A DNA stretch of 64,000 nt, from NCBI GenBank assembly GCA_010909165.1, contig VJWM01000063.1:1550001-1614000 (forward strand), given 5' to 3'. Below, one piece after another: positions 37,261 through 49,173 of the stretch (its first letter is position 1; the number at the start of each line of letters is the position of its first letter). The notes under the pieces were generated by a model. That model was given only the letters and a program-made list of their open reading frames with translations. It made no database searches and was not told where the DNA came from. The stretch is from Anthoceros angustus (Eukaryota; Plantae; Anthocerotophyta). A program made the position numbers and the translations under genes.

Positions 37261-38019
37261 CCCGCGCTATCTTGGCCGGTCGGCGGCGCACTCCACCAAT
37301 GAACCGGCGCAAACGCGGTCGCCGGTCGGCGGCGCGGTCGGCGGCGCGCGTCTTGTGCCCGGCGCCAGCTGCTCGTGGTCTTCTCGTTGAAAGAGCGATG
37401 ATCTCTTTCAATTCTTCTTCAACGAAAGCCTTGTCATTCTCATGCAGTAAACCTCGAGGGAGGTCGCAGAAAAGAAGAGTATACCTCCTCGGTGGCAAAA
37501 ATCCTTTCATATCCAAAATGTCTCGATGCACCACCGATATGCCACTTTGTCCAAGACCGGGCACTCAAGCTGCATCCATGTCCTTGTCGGCCATTTGTTT
37601 TCGCTCTTCTTCCATCCGTTTCGATTCGCGCTATAAACAAAATCTTGGAAAGGTTTTGGCAGCTTTCAAATCCTCAATGTCTCCCGGTTTACGCAAGCAG
37701 ACGGTGGTCGAGAACTCATTGGCAGTGGAGTGCGCGGTCGGCGCGCACCTGTGTCGCGGTGGCGGCGCACTCCACCATCTTATCACCGGTGGTAGTGTGC
37801 CGCTTTCATCCCATATTGTCAATGCCGGTTGGTCTTCAACCGCCGGTCGGCGGCGCACTCCACCATCTTATCACCGGTGGTAGTGTGCCGCTTTCATCCC
37901 ATATTGTCAATGCCGGTTGGTCTTCAACCGCCGGCCGGCGCGCGTTGCGCCCTCGACTCGAGAGTCGGCCGGTCGGTGCACTCTAATCTTGCCGGTGGCC
38001 GCCTATGAATACACTCACT

Positions 38020-41000
38020 TACCACTTTCGCAAAAGTTTGAACTTCGCCAATTCCTTGGCCTCGGTATGTTTGGGAAGCTGTTTGGCGACTTGAGGTGGC
38101 ACACTTCATAGCCTTCGAAGGCATGCTCGATAAGGTTAATCTTCTTCCTGCCAACATCGTATCCATATCTTTTAGCTGCGGTTTCCTTGGATGACCTTCG
38201 GGTCACGCTATCAACATCTCTTCACCTTCTCGTCCTTGGGACTCCTTGGAATGCTCTCCATGCCCTTAGAGCATTGGAGCCGACGAGGGGGCCGATTAGG
38301 GGCCCATGCTGTTGTAGTTGGGTCTTGTGGCTTCCGTTTGCTTTCGCCCGCCTGGGAGTTCGCACTTCTCCCACATCCGGAAAATGGTGTCCACGTTCTC
38401 CCACATCCGGAAAATGGTGTCCACGTTCTCCCACATCCGGAAAATGGTGTCCACGTTCTCCCACAATTTACCCTGCACCTCGCAATCCTCAGCAGTCTTC
38501 CATCCACCATCTTACATAATCGTGTCCTTGGGTTTTCCAGCCTCCTCCGGCATCCCAACTTGTACACATTGAACTTCCACCGCATGAGGTTTTCCATCGG
38601 GTGTGTCCGGTGCCAAATCTCAAGCTCATCATGTATGTAGCGTACTTGTTCAATAAAACCAAGCTTCTTCCTCTTGTCTGCATACACATTGTGATCCACT
38701 GCCAGCACCCGCATTTCTTCCTCTGTCAAGCTTGCATATACATGGCCCTCGAGCCATTGAAATTTATCTTCCGCCGGATACATTTCAGACAGTGTCTGCA
38801 TGGCGGCATAGCAATGGTTCCCTCCCAGCACCCCTAGGGTGTAATCTTTGAGCTCGATCTCCTCCGGTGCATCTTCTTCTTCAAGCACCTGTCTTTGGAT
38901 CAATCATGCACAAAAGTGGGAGCGTCCCTTCCTTCACAGGACACATGCATCAGCCGAACAAGGCACTTCATCCATGCCTCATCCACCTTCCTTATCGAGC
39001 ATCTGCGTTAGAAATGAAGCGGGCGTGAAATTGTGAATGTCGAATGTTGTGGTTTGCACCCGCTTCTTGTAGGCCCGAGCGAACCATCTCCGAGATAGTC
39101 ATCCTCCTGCGAAGGAGCTCCGGTCGTTCGGCATCGTGGTCGCCGTCCGCAACGGCTTCCTCTTGCATGCTTCCTCGACTTCCTTAATTTTTCCGCCTCG
39201 CCCACCTCTTCTCCATCACCAGCTGAGATCTTGCCTTCCTCTTTCGCTTGATTGGTGTGCTCTGCATGGAAATCAAAACAAGATGCTTCAATTCTTACAT
39301 GGTGCGGAGGCGGGGCAGTTAGGAGCATTCTTACCAGCCATTCGCCTTCTCATCTTCACTGGAGACAGGCAGTTGCGGATTCCCTTCTTCTTCTTCTTCA
39401 AGACCCCGAGGCCGAGGCGCTCCTCCTCTTCGGACGAGGAGGGTCACCTCCTCCTCAAAAGCCTCGATTCAAGACCCCGAGGCTGGACATGTTGCGAGCC
39501 ATGGCGGCCGTCGAGCTCGCCTCCGCATCGGACCACGAGGCCGAGGCGCTCCTCCTCCGGAGGCTCGGCTCGGCTCGCCACCGGAACCTCGTCCTCCTCC
39601 ATCTCCGGTTTACGCAAGCAGACGGTGGTCGAGAACTCATTGGCAGTGGAGTGCGCGGTCGGCGCGCACCTGTGTCGCGGTGGCGGCGCACTCCACCATC
39701 TTACATAATCGTGTCCTTGGGTTTTCCAGCCTCCTCCTCTTCCGGAGAGCTCGGCTCGCCACCGGAACCTCGTCCTTGGGTTTTCCAGCCTCCTCCGGAG
39801 AGCTCGGCTCGGCTCGGCTCGCCACCGGAACCTCGTCCTCCTCCGGAGAGCTCGGCTCGCCACCGGAACCTCGTCCTCCTCCGGAGAGCTCGGCTCGCCA
39901 CCGCGACTCCCCAACGAATACACTCACTTACCACTTTCGCAAAATTGTTTGAACTTCGCCAATTCCTTGGCCTCGGTATGTTTGGGAAGCTGTTTGGCGA
40001 CTTGAGGTGGCACACTTCATAGCCTTCGAAGGCATGCTCGATAAGGTTAATCTTCTTCCTGCCAACATCGTATCCATATCTTTTAGCTGCGGTTTCCTTG
40101 GATGACCTTCGGGTCACGCTATCAACATCTCTTCACCTTCTCGTCCTTGGGACTCCTTGGAATGCTCTCCATGCCCTTAGAGCATTGGAGCCGACGAGGG
40201 GGCCGATTAGGGGCCGGCACTGTTGTAGTTGGGTCTTGTGGCTTCCGTTTGCTTTCGCCCGCCTGGGAGTTCGCACTTCTCCCACATCCGGAAAATGGTG
40301 TCCACGTTCTCCCACATCCGGAAAATGGTGTCCACGTTCTCCCACAATTTACCCACCTCGCAATCCTCAGCAGTCTTCCATCCACCATCTTACATACATA
40401 ATCGTGTCCTTGGGTTTTCCAGCCTCCTCCAAAGATCCCCAAAGAACTTGTACACATTGAACTTCCACCGCATGAGGTTTTCCATCGGGTGTGTCCGTGC
40501 CAAATCTCAAGCTCATCATGTATGTAGCGTACTTGTTCAATAAAACCAAGCTTCTTCCTCTTATGCATACACATTGTGATCAATCACAAGACCCGCATTT
40601 CTTCCTCTGTCAAGCTGCATATACATGGCCCTCGAGCCATTGAAATTTATCTTCCGGATACATTTCGAAGTTGCATGGCGGCATAGCAATGGTTCCCTCG
40701 GCACCCCTAGGGTGTAATCTTTGAGCTCGATCTCCTCCGGTCTGCATCTTCTTCTTCAAGCCTTTGTCTTTGGATCAATCATGCACAAAAGTGGGAGCGT
40801 CCCTTCCTTCACAGGACTGCTCGCATCCGAACAAGGCACTTCATCCATGCCTCATCCACCTTCCTTATCGAGCATCTGCGTTAGAAATGAAGCGGACGTG
40901 TCGATATGTGAATGTCGAATGTTGTGGTTTGCACCCGCTTCTTGTAGGCCCGAGTGCGAACCATCTCCAGATAGTCATCCTCCTGCGAAAGGAGCTCCAG

Positions 41001-41480
41001 TCGTTCGGCATCTGTGGTCGCTGTCCGGGCAACGGCTTCCTCTTCTGCATGCTTCCTCGACTTCCTTAATTTTTTCCGCCCTCTGCCCACCTCTTCTCCA
41101 TCACCAGCCTGAGATCTTGCCTTCCTCTTTCGCTTGATTGGTGTGCTCTCTGCATGGAAATCAAAACAAGATGCTTCAATTCTTACATGGGTTCGAATTG
41201 CGGAGGGCAGACGGGCTGTTAGGAGCATTCTTACCAGCCATTCGCCTTCTCATCTTCACTGGAGACACGGGCTGGATTCCCTTCTTCTTTCACAGTGCCG
41301 GCTGCCCGTCCTTCGAGGAGGGTCACCTCCTCCTCAAAAGCCTCAGATTCAAGACCCACAGGCTGGACATGTTGCGAGCCATGGCGGCCGTGCTCGCCTC
41401 CGCATCGGACCACGAGGCCGAGGCGCTCCTCCTCTTCCGGAGGCTCGGCTCGGCTCGCCACCGGAACCTCGTCCTCCTCC
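38020..41480 (-). pseudogene. ParB/Srx-like domain protein with an acidic/basic N-terminus, in two tandem copies; 5' part of the MTase transcription unit
   Basis: IRKVDEAWMKCLV...LLCMIDP...YTLGVLGGNHCYAAMQTL...WLEGHVYASLTEEEMRVLAVDHN (GGNH at 38814-38825; second copy ~40690). GTAAG donors at ~41232 and ~38020. Confidence 0.72.
38366..38465. repeat. 30-bp tandem repeat x3.3 (x2.3 in the second copy at 40277-40346), in frame as WENVDTIFRM
   Basis: TTCTCCCACATCCGGAAAATGGTGTCCACG units. Confidence 0.92.
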
Positions 41481-42624
41481 ATCTCCGGTTGCATAATCCG
41501 GGCATCGTTCGACACAACCCACCGCCCGCCCGATAGCGGCGGTGCGTTCGCACCGCCTCGCCGGCCCGATCACCAGCGCGTCTGATCACTACACCTCTGT
41601 TCTTCAGCACCCCTTCAGCGGCGTAGCGGAGTAGAACGCGGCAAAATTGTTCTCCCCCCTGTTCATTTTAAAGAGGAAACAATGAGTATACCAGCATGGG
41701 GCGAAACCCTAACTGAAAATGGGAAGTGATACATGACTGACATTCAACTGACTTACATCTTGAACACTTTTGGAATCACGCAAGGCCGATTTCAACTGGC
41801 TCGCTCACAACGACGAGGCATTATCTTGGCGCATCCATTATCGCAGGAGATGTGTGTTGATGTCATCGTTTATGTGCAAATGAGGTTTCTTGGTGACCAA
41901 AAGCGTATGTGCATATCTTCGCCCATTCATCCTTTGCACATAGAATCCATCCGACTCTTGCACAGGAATCCCCTCAATACCATTGTAACCGTTAATCCAT
42001 AAGGCCGAGTGGAATCCAAGGCACTGGATCTTGGTTCTTCTTCGCAACAACGCTCCACTCTTATGCATGTTGTACCGCGGAAGAGAATCACGGAGCTTTT
42101 TCACCGAAAGCGCTCCACAAAGTTAAAAGCATGAGGAATCGCATGTGCATTTCCACCGAGGTTGGTGCTCCCTCGGCCATCAATGTCTTCATATCCTCTC
42201 CGTTGAGTACCCTTTGAGGTGGACGTCCGGACACTACCATGAGAGGATTCTCTCAATTGCATAATAGCGGTGGGGTTCTGTTACCACATTCGCGGGATCG
42301 CATCCCCTCATCCGTGCGCCCTTGCGGCGATCCTGCTGCTCTTGCGCGCGCATTTTTCCGCTTCACGATGCGTGGCGGGCGCCTCCAACGCAGGGGTCGA
42401 TCTCTGCATGCTTATTGCTCGTGGCGTCCTCGCGATCACCATCCCGCAATCTTCAAAACCTCATGCGGGAAGTTGGCGGGAGGAAGTAAGAGAATTCGTG
42501 TCCGGACTCTCGAACTCTTGATGAAAAGGAGAGGCTCGAGCTTCTGTGGAAATGAAATATGGATGTTTGAAGCGCATCAACGGATTACGATAAAGCCTTA
42601 ACACCGCTAGTTACGCTAAAGCGG

Positions 42625-45445
42625 CTCAAGTAGTAGCAGTAGGGTCCGAACACGGTCATCATTCATTTAACCTCAAATGCCTAAAATAGGCCCATTACAA
42701 ATTCGATGCATCCACCTCATCTTATGCCGTCATTTTCTAAGGGCGTGGTGCACTCTCATTCAAGGTCCATCGATGCATAGCCGTTCGCCATCGGTCCGCA
42801 TCGCAGCAATTATAAATCATCCAACACCACACGGTACCACCTTATGTCACATGTCTATAATTGTGGGTGTGACTTTGATCTTGATTCAAAGTGCGTTCTT
42901 CCCTCGCATGCAGTAGCTCTTGAAAATTTGCCGATGTTGAAGCGGTGGAAGGAGTTCTTGAAGTCAAAGGACTTGGATGCTATCGGTCGGCGAGCAGATT
43001 CCTCCCGATATGCAACACTCGGTCGGAGGCATCAACGCGCGGTTCCGGAAATGCCTATCGGCGATCAAGGTATTCAAGTTGAAGAGGAGAACTAGATGAA
43101 GGTACGTCGTGCAAACTCGTGCGAAATCGATTGCATTCAAAGGCTCTTGTGAACATGATTCCGGATGTGTGTTATTAAATCTGCGGTGCACGGCCTCCAC
43201 CACTTCCGCGATAAGCGCATCCATTCCAAAGACACCGCCTGCTTCAAGATGTTGGATTCCATTCACGGAAGTCCTTCTCCGCCAGAGCCTCGCCGTACAT
43301 CCCGACCATCCGCAAGACTACTCCTCCGGAAGTGCTCCACGGACGACACGCCGGTCGGATATGGCCGCTTGTTGGGGTGAATGCCAACTCGGTTTGCGTG
43401 TTGTATCTAGAAGATACTGTTTCCACTGGCCCACGTTCGGTGGAACTGTTGTGGAGGAAGAGGACTCGGATGATGCATTTGAACATCCACCTCCAAAGGC
43501 GTACATACAATTTGAAGCCGGTCCGAATCATTTATCGAGCATGGCGAGACCACCACGTAGACGCCAAGTAGACGGCAATCTAAAGTGCACGAGATGAAAT
43601 GTGAAGAGGTTCGTATTACCGTGATTTTCGCAAAACTGTTGTGGTAGACAATGCTTGAGGACAATAGGGAAGGCAACCTTCGAGATTTGAGGTATCGGTT
43701 CCTTAGAATGTGCGGGAGCGGAGATGCACCTACAATCCCTTTTGATGTCGATTATGAGAGCGATGGAAGGGTTAGGGTAGACTCGTTTCTTGTCGGACGA
43801 GGAAAAGTGTATTGTTGTAGAGGCCTTGACGCGTTTATTGTATCGGGTCTAGCCAGAAGCGATCGGAAACATTGCGTGGTTGCGGTCTGAGAGGCGAATC
43901 GACATCTTTGACTCTGGCGTGGATGAACCAACTGCTTATGCTTATTGCCGAGAGAATGCCAAACATTGAAGTGTATCACCTTCCGACTCTTACTCAAAAG
44001 GCGAGGTGTTTCAAGAATACAAGCAACATGTATGCGGCTCAAGTAGTAGCAGCGGTGGGTCACGAACACGGTCATCATTCATTTAACCTCAAATGCCTAA
44101 AATAGGCCCATTACAAATTCGATGCATCCACCTCATCTTATGCCATCATTTTCTAAGGGCGGTGGCTGCACTCTCATTCAAGGTCCATCGATCATAAGTT
44201 CGCCATCGGTCCATCGATGCAACCGCAATTATAAATCATCCAACACCACGGTACCACCTTATGTCACATGTCTATAATTGTGGGTGTGACTTTGATCTTG
44301 ATTCAAAGTGCGTTCTTCCTCGCATGCAGGTAGCTCTTGAAAATTTGCCGATGTTGAAGCGGTGGAAGGAGTTCTTGAAGTCAAAGGACTTGGATGCTAT
44401 CGGTCGGGCGAGCGAGATTCCTCCCGATATGCAACACTCCGGTCGGAGGCATCAGCAGTAGGTTCGGCTTGAAATGCCTATCGGCGATCAAGGTATTCAA
44501 GTTGAAGAGGAGAACTAGATGAAGGTCGTCGTGCAAACTCGTGCGAAATCGATTGCATTCAAAGGCTCTTGAACATGATTCCGGATGTGTGTTATTCGTC
44601 TGCGGTGCACGGCCTCCACCACTTCCGCACGCGATAAGCGCATCCATTCCAAAGACACCGCCTGCTTCAAGATGTTGGATTCCATTCACGGAAGTCCTTC
44701 TCCGCCAGAGCCTCCGTACATCCCGCCATCCGCAAGACTACTCCTCCGGAAGTGCTCCACGGACGACACGCCTCGGATATGGCCGCCTGGGGTGAATGCC
44801 AACTCGGTTTGCACGGTTGTATCTAGAAGATACTGTTTCCACTGGGCCGTTCGGTGGAACTGTGGAGGAAGAGGACTCGGATAGCGGTGCATTTGAACAT
44901 CCACCTCCAAAGGCGTACATACAATTTGAAGCCGGGTCCGAATCATTTATCGAGCATGGCGAGACCACCACGTAGGCACAGTAGACGGCAATCTAAAGTG
45001 CACGAGATGAAATGTGAAGAGGTTCGTATTACCGTGATTTTCGCAAAACTGTTGTGGTAGACAATGCTTGAGGACAATAGGGAAGGCAACCTTTAGATTT
45101 GAGGTATCGGTTCCTTAGAATGTGCAGGCGGAGATGCACCTACAATCCCTTTTGATGTCGATTATGAGGCGATGGAAGGGTTAGGGTAGACTCGTTTCTT
45201 GTCGGACGAGGAAAAGTGTATTGTTGTAGAGGCCTTGACGCGTTTATTGTATCGGGTCTAGCCGGACGAAGAAGCGAAGCGATCGGAAACATTGCGTGGT
45301 GCCTTCTGCAGGCGGCGAATCGACATCATGACTCTGGCGTGGATGAACCAACTGCTTATGCTTATTGAGAGAATGCCAAACATTGAAGTGTATCACCTTC
45401 CGACTCTTACTCAAAAGGCGAGGTGTTTCAAGAATACAAGCAACA
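42625..45445. repeat. ~1.4-kb tandem duplication (transposase 5' part)
   Basis: GCGGCTCAAGTAGTAGCAG at ~42620 and ~44035; copies are collinear with many indels. Confidence 0.9.
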
Positions 45446-48400
45446 TGCGGTCGTGATCTGATGTTTCTCATTCCTACTTTTGTCGACTTTGGGCTACGAC
45501 TTCCACAAGGTGAAAATTCAAGAGCAATCGGTTTGCCTTGTGCACAACTGCGATTACCTCAAGCGAAATATAAAGAGCGAGAAAAGCAGAGAAAAACAAG
45601 GTGAGGCTTGATGTGAAATTGTGTTTTGGCAATGCGTGGGGATGATGCATTTGAAGTCAAAGGACTTGGATGCTATCGGTCGGCGCGTCGATAGTCTTGG
45701 CCGGTCAGGCGCCTCGGCTATCGGTCAGCGCTGTCTGCCGGCCGAGGCGAGTTTGTGAAGTCGCGGTCGGCGCCACGGTATTCGTTATGTTCCTTCCCGA
45801 GCGCTTTATTCCTCAACGTTGTTTGGGTGATTATTTTGCGAAGCATTTGAAGGCGATGAGGCGAGGCGACTCAAGTCGAGAGAGAAAAATGCATCAAGCA
45901 CGCGTGAAATGTTATGGAGACCGGCAAAGTATATCGGGATATCCATCGACGGATGGACCAACGAGACCAGCTTCCACATTTCACGCGTTTACCCAAGGAC
46001 TGTCGGATGTAGGTTTGATCGGCGTCCATGTTGTGGGGTGCATGATTTATAACTACACCATGTCGGCGGAACTCTTCATGGCATACGGAACATCCGAACG
46101 ATGCAAACGACTATAGCCAATATCCGGATGTCATTTCAAATTACGAGGACTACTACCAAAGGTTCTTTATCTTCAACTCGACAATCTTGCAGGAGAATAA
46201 GAATGCCGCTATTCGCTTACGAATATGTTGGTAGAGCTTAAGGTTTTGAGAAGGTAAAAGTAGGATTCCTCCGGTTGGGCACACTCATGACCAGTTGAGA
46301 TGTTTTCGAGGTTTTCAAGTGCTTGCGGAAGGAAGCTTTCGTTGCCCAAACCGACCGGTATTTTGGAGAATGCATATACGCCCAAACCAAAAATTATGGA
46401 GGTGAAAGAAGTTCCGGACTTCAAAGTTTGTGTGGCCAATACCTTATGGTAAGGCGGCTATAAACAGTTCTTTGCGGTGAAAGCAGTTGCACAATATATC
46501 TTTTCGACATCGTTCAAAATAACCCGAGAAACGCGAGGTGAGCCGGACTTATTCTGATGAGGGGCAAACAATATTCCAGATGAATCTGGTCACGGACGAG
46601 GGTTTGGAGTTTTGAATAATGTCCCATCTACTCCTATTCAAGCTCGTTTGGTTCATTTGGAGGTCCAAGTAAAAAGCGGTTGCAGAGGGAGAGATCCGAA
46701 GAAGTCTTGCAAAGAATGCGTGGGAAACTAGAGGAAAACTCGGGACCCATTTGGCGCGGTGAGGATATTTGGTGGGAGGAATTCAGGTGAGCAATCGACC
46801 ATCGTGGACAAGATAGCATGTGAGCATCTTGAGGAATTGAAGACCCCTTGGCAGTAGTGCGATAGAACACATAATGAAGAGTTGCATCGCCGTTGGTTGT
46901 AGAGAGGCCTTGACGCGCTTTATTGTATCGGCCCAGCGGTGACGAGGCAAAGCGAGCGATCGGAAACATTGCGTGGTCTCGCCTTGCGACGAAGGCGAAT
47001 CAATCGACCGCAATGCCTCGGCGTGGATGAACCAACTGCTTATGCTTACAGAGAATGCCAAACATTGAAGTGTATCACCTTCCGACTCTTACTCAAAAGG
47101 CGAGGTGTTTCAAGAATACAAGCAACATATGCATGGCCAAAGACTGTTTCTCATTCCTACTTTTGTCGACTTTGGGCTACGACTTCCACAAGGTGAAAAT
47201 TCAAGAGCAATCGGTTTGCCTTGTGCACAACCCGCGATTACCTCAAACGAAATATAAAGAGCGAAAAACAGAGAAAAACAAGGTGAGGCTTGATGTGAAA
47301 TTGTGTTTTGGCAATGCGTGGGGATGATGGTGCGGTCGGCCACCCTCGTGGCCACCGGTCCGACGATAGCGTCAGGCACAACAGCGGCCGACCGAGGCGA
47401 GTTTGTGAAGTCGCGGTCGGCCACCGGCGACAGATTTATGTTGGTATCCTTCCCGAGCGCTTTATTCCTCAACGTTGTTTGGGTGATTATTTTGCGAAGC
47501 ATTTGAAGGCGATCCGAGGCACACGCGCCATCAAGTCCGAGAGAGAAAAATGCATCAAGCACCGCGTGAAATGTTATGGAGACCGGCAAAGTATATCGGG
47601 ATATCCATCGACGGATGGACCAATGAAGACACGCTTCCACATTTCACGTTGCTACCCAAGGACCGCCGATGTAGGTTTGATCGACGTCCATGTTGTGGGG
47701 TGCATGATTTATAACTACACCATGTCGGCGGAACTATTCATGGCATACGGAACATCCGAACGATGCAAACTCGACTATAGCCAATATCCAAAGATGTCAT
47801 TTCAAATTACGAGGACTACTACCAAAGGTTCTTTATCTTCAACTCGACACTGCACGGGAGAATAAGAATGCTATTCGCTTACCACGAATATGTTGGTAGA
47901 GCTTAAGGTTTTGAGAAGGTAAAAGTAGGATTCCTCCTGGTTGGGCACACTCATGACCAGGTTGACCAGATGTTTTCGAGGTTTTCAACAGTGCTTGCAC
48001 GAAGGAAGCTTTCACGCTGCCCAAACTGACCGGTATTTTGGAGAATGCATATACGCCCAAACCACAAATTATGGAGGTGAAAGAAGTTCCAGACTTCCGA
48101 AAGTTTGTGTGGCCAATACCTTATGGTAAGGCTGGCTATAAACAGGTTGCTGCAGTGAAACAGTTGCACAATATATCTTTCCAGCATCAGTTCAAAATAA
48201 CCCGAGAAACGCGAGGTGAGCGACTTATATCGTGATGAGGGGCAAACAATATTCCACCGATGAATACTGGTCACCGGACGAGGGTTTGGAGTTTTGAATA
48301 ATGTCCCATCTACTCCTATTCAAGCTCGCTTTGGTTCATTTGGAGGTCCAAGTAAAAAGCAGAGGGAGAGATCCCGAAGAAGTCTTGCAATGCGTGGGAA

Positions 48401-49173
48401 ACTAGAGGAAAACTGACCCATTTGGGCGCATGTGAGGATATTTGGTGGGAGGAATTCTGGGCTGAGCAATCAGCCATCGTGGACAAGATAGCATGTGAGC
48501 ATGCCGAGGAATTGAAGACCCCTTGGCAAACGATAGAACACATAATGAAGAGTTGCATCGCCTTGGTTGTACCGAGGTCGAGATTTTACATCAATCGTTC
48601 GGCAAGTGCCGGCGGACATGTATGTTGGAGCGCATCGACAGGATGATGCGCGGGAACAAGAAAGCTTGAGCGGCGATGTGTTGGAGATACAAAGCAGTCA
48701 CATGATTGCGGTGCCTTGTGAGCAGATCTTCGACAATCGACCATTCGGCTCGCAAAAGTTCTGGTGGACTTCCAATGTGACGCCCATTCATTAAAGTCCA
48801 TTGGTGGGTGACTAAATGCAGCGCATTTGAAGGCGGTACCTAGAGGAGATGATTTTACGATCGACCACAGCGGCGATCGTGGGGTCGCTCTCAACGACGG
48901 AGCATGAGGTTGCGGAAACACGTCGACAAATTGCTTCTTTCAGACACATTCATCTTGGCATACGGGTTTTCTCTAACAAAACAGAAGCAACTAAATGCAA
49001 GGACCAGAACCATAATACGGAAAAACATGTACGTTTTGCGCTCTGTGCAGGAGGAAGCTCCGGAACATATGGAAGGAAGGGATGCTGCGGATGATGGCGT
49101 TGCAGAAGATGTTGCATCTGAAGGCGAGGACATTGAAACACTTGATGAACATGGTTCATGGAGTTCAGATTAG
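42844..49173 (+). pseudogene. Sola-like / DUF7869-type DDD transposase, frameshifted and serially duplicated
   Basis: Reconstructed motifs: NCCGRQC; MPNIEVYHLP...GEVFQEYK...SHSYFCRLW..FHKVKI...NRFALC..CDYLK; YIGISIDG(M)DQ.K (~47607); LPKVLYLQLD(N)...ENKN (~47840); MLVELKVFEKVKVGFLLVGHTHDQVDQMFS (47940-47978; other copy ~46280). Confidence 0.8.
45220..48570. repeat. ~1.66-kb tandem duplication (transposase catalytic core)
   Basis: GTTGTAGA(GA)GGCCTTGACGCG at ~45222 and ~46895; junction microhomology GTTGTA. Confidence 0.9.

Larger units (their letters stand above)
37680..41480. repeat. ~1.9-kb tandem duplication of the ParB exons
   Basis: ~37680-39600 matches ~39601-41480; junction microhomology AACCGG(G)AGA at ~39605. 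Confidence 0.85.

Noticed and set aside
38366-38465. WENVDTIFRM as a functional protein repeat
   Set aside because: Copy number differs between the two local duplicates (3 versus 2), consistent with slippage or assembly stutter rather than a conserved repeat domain.
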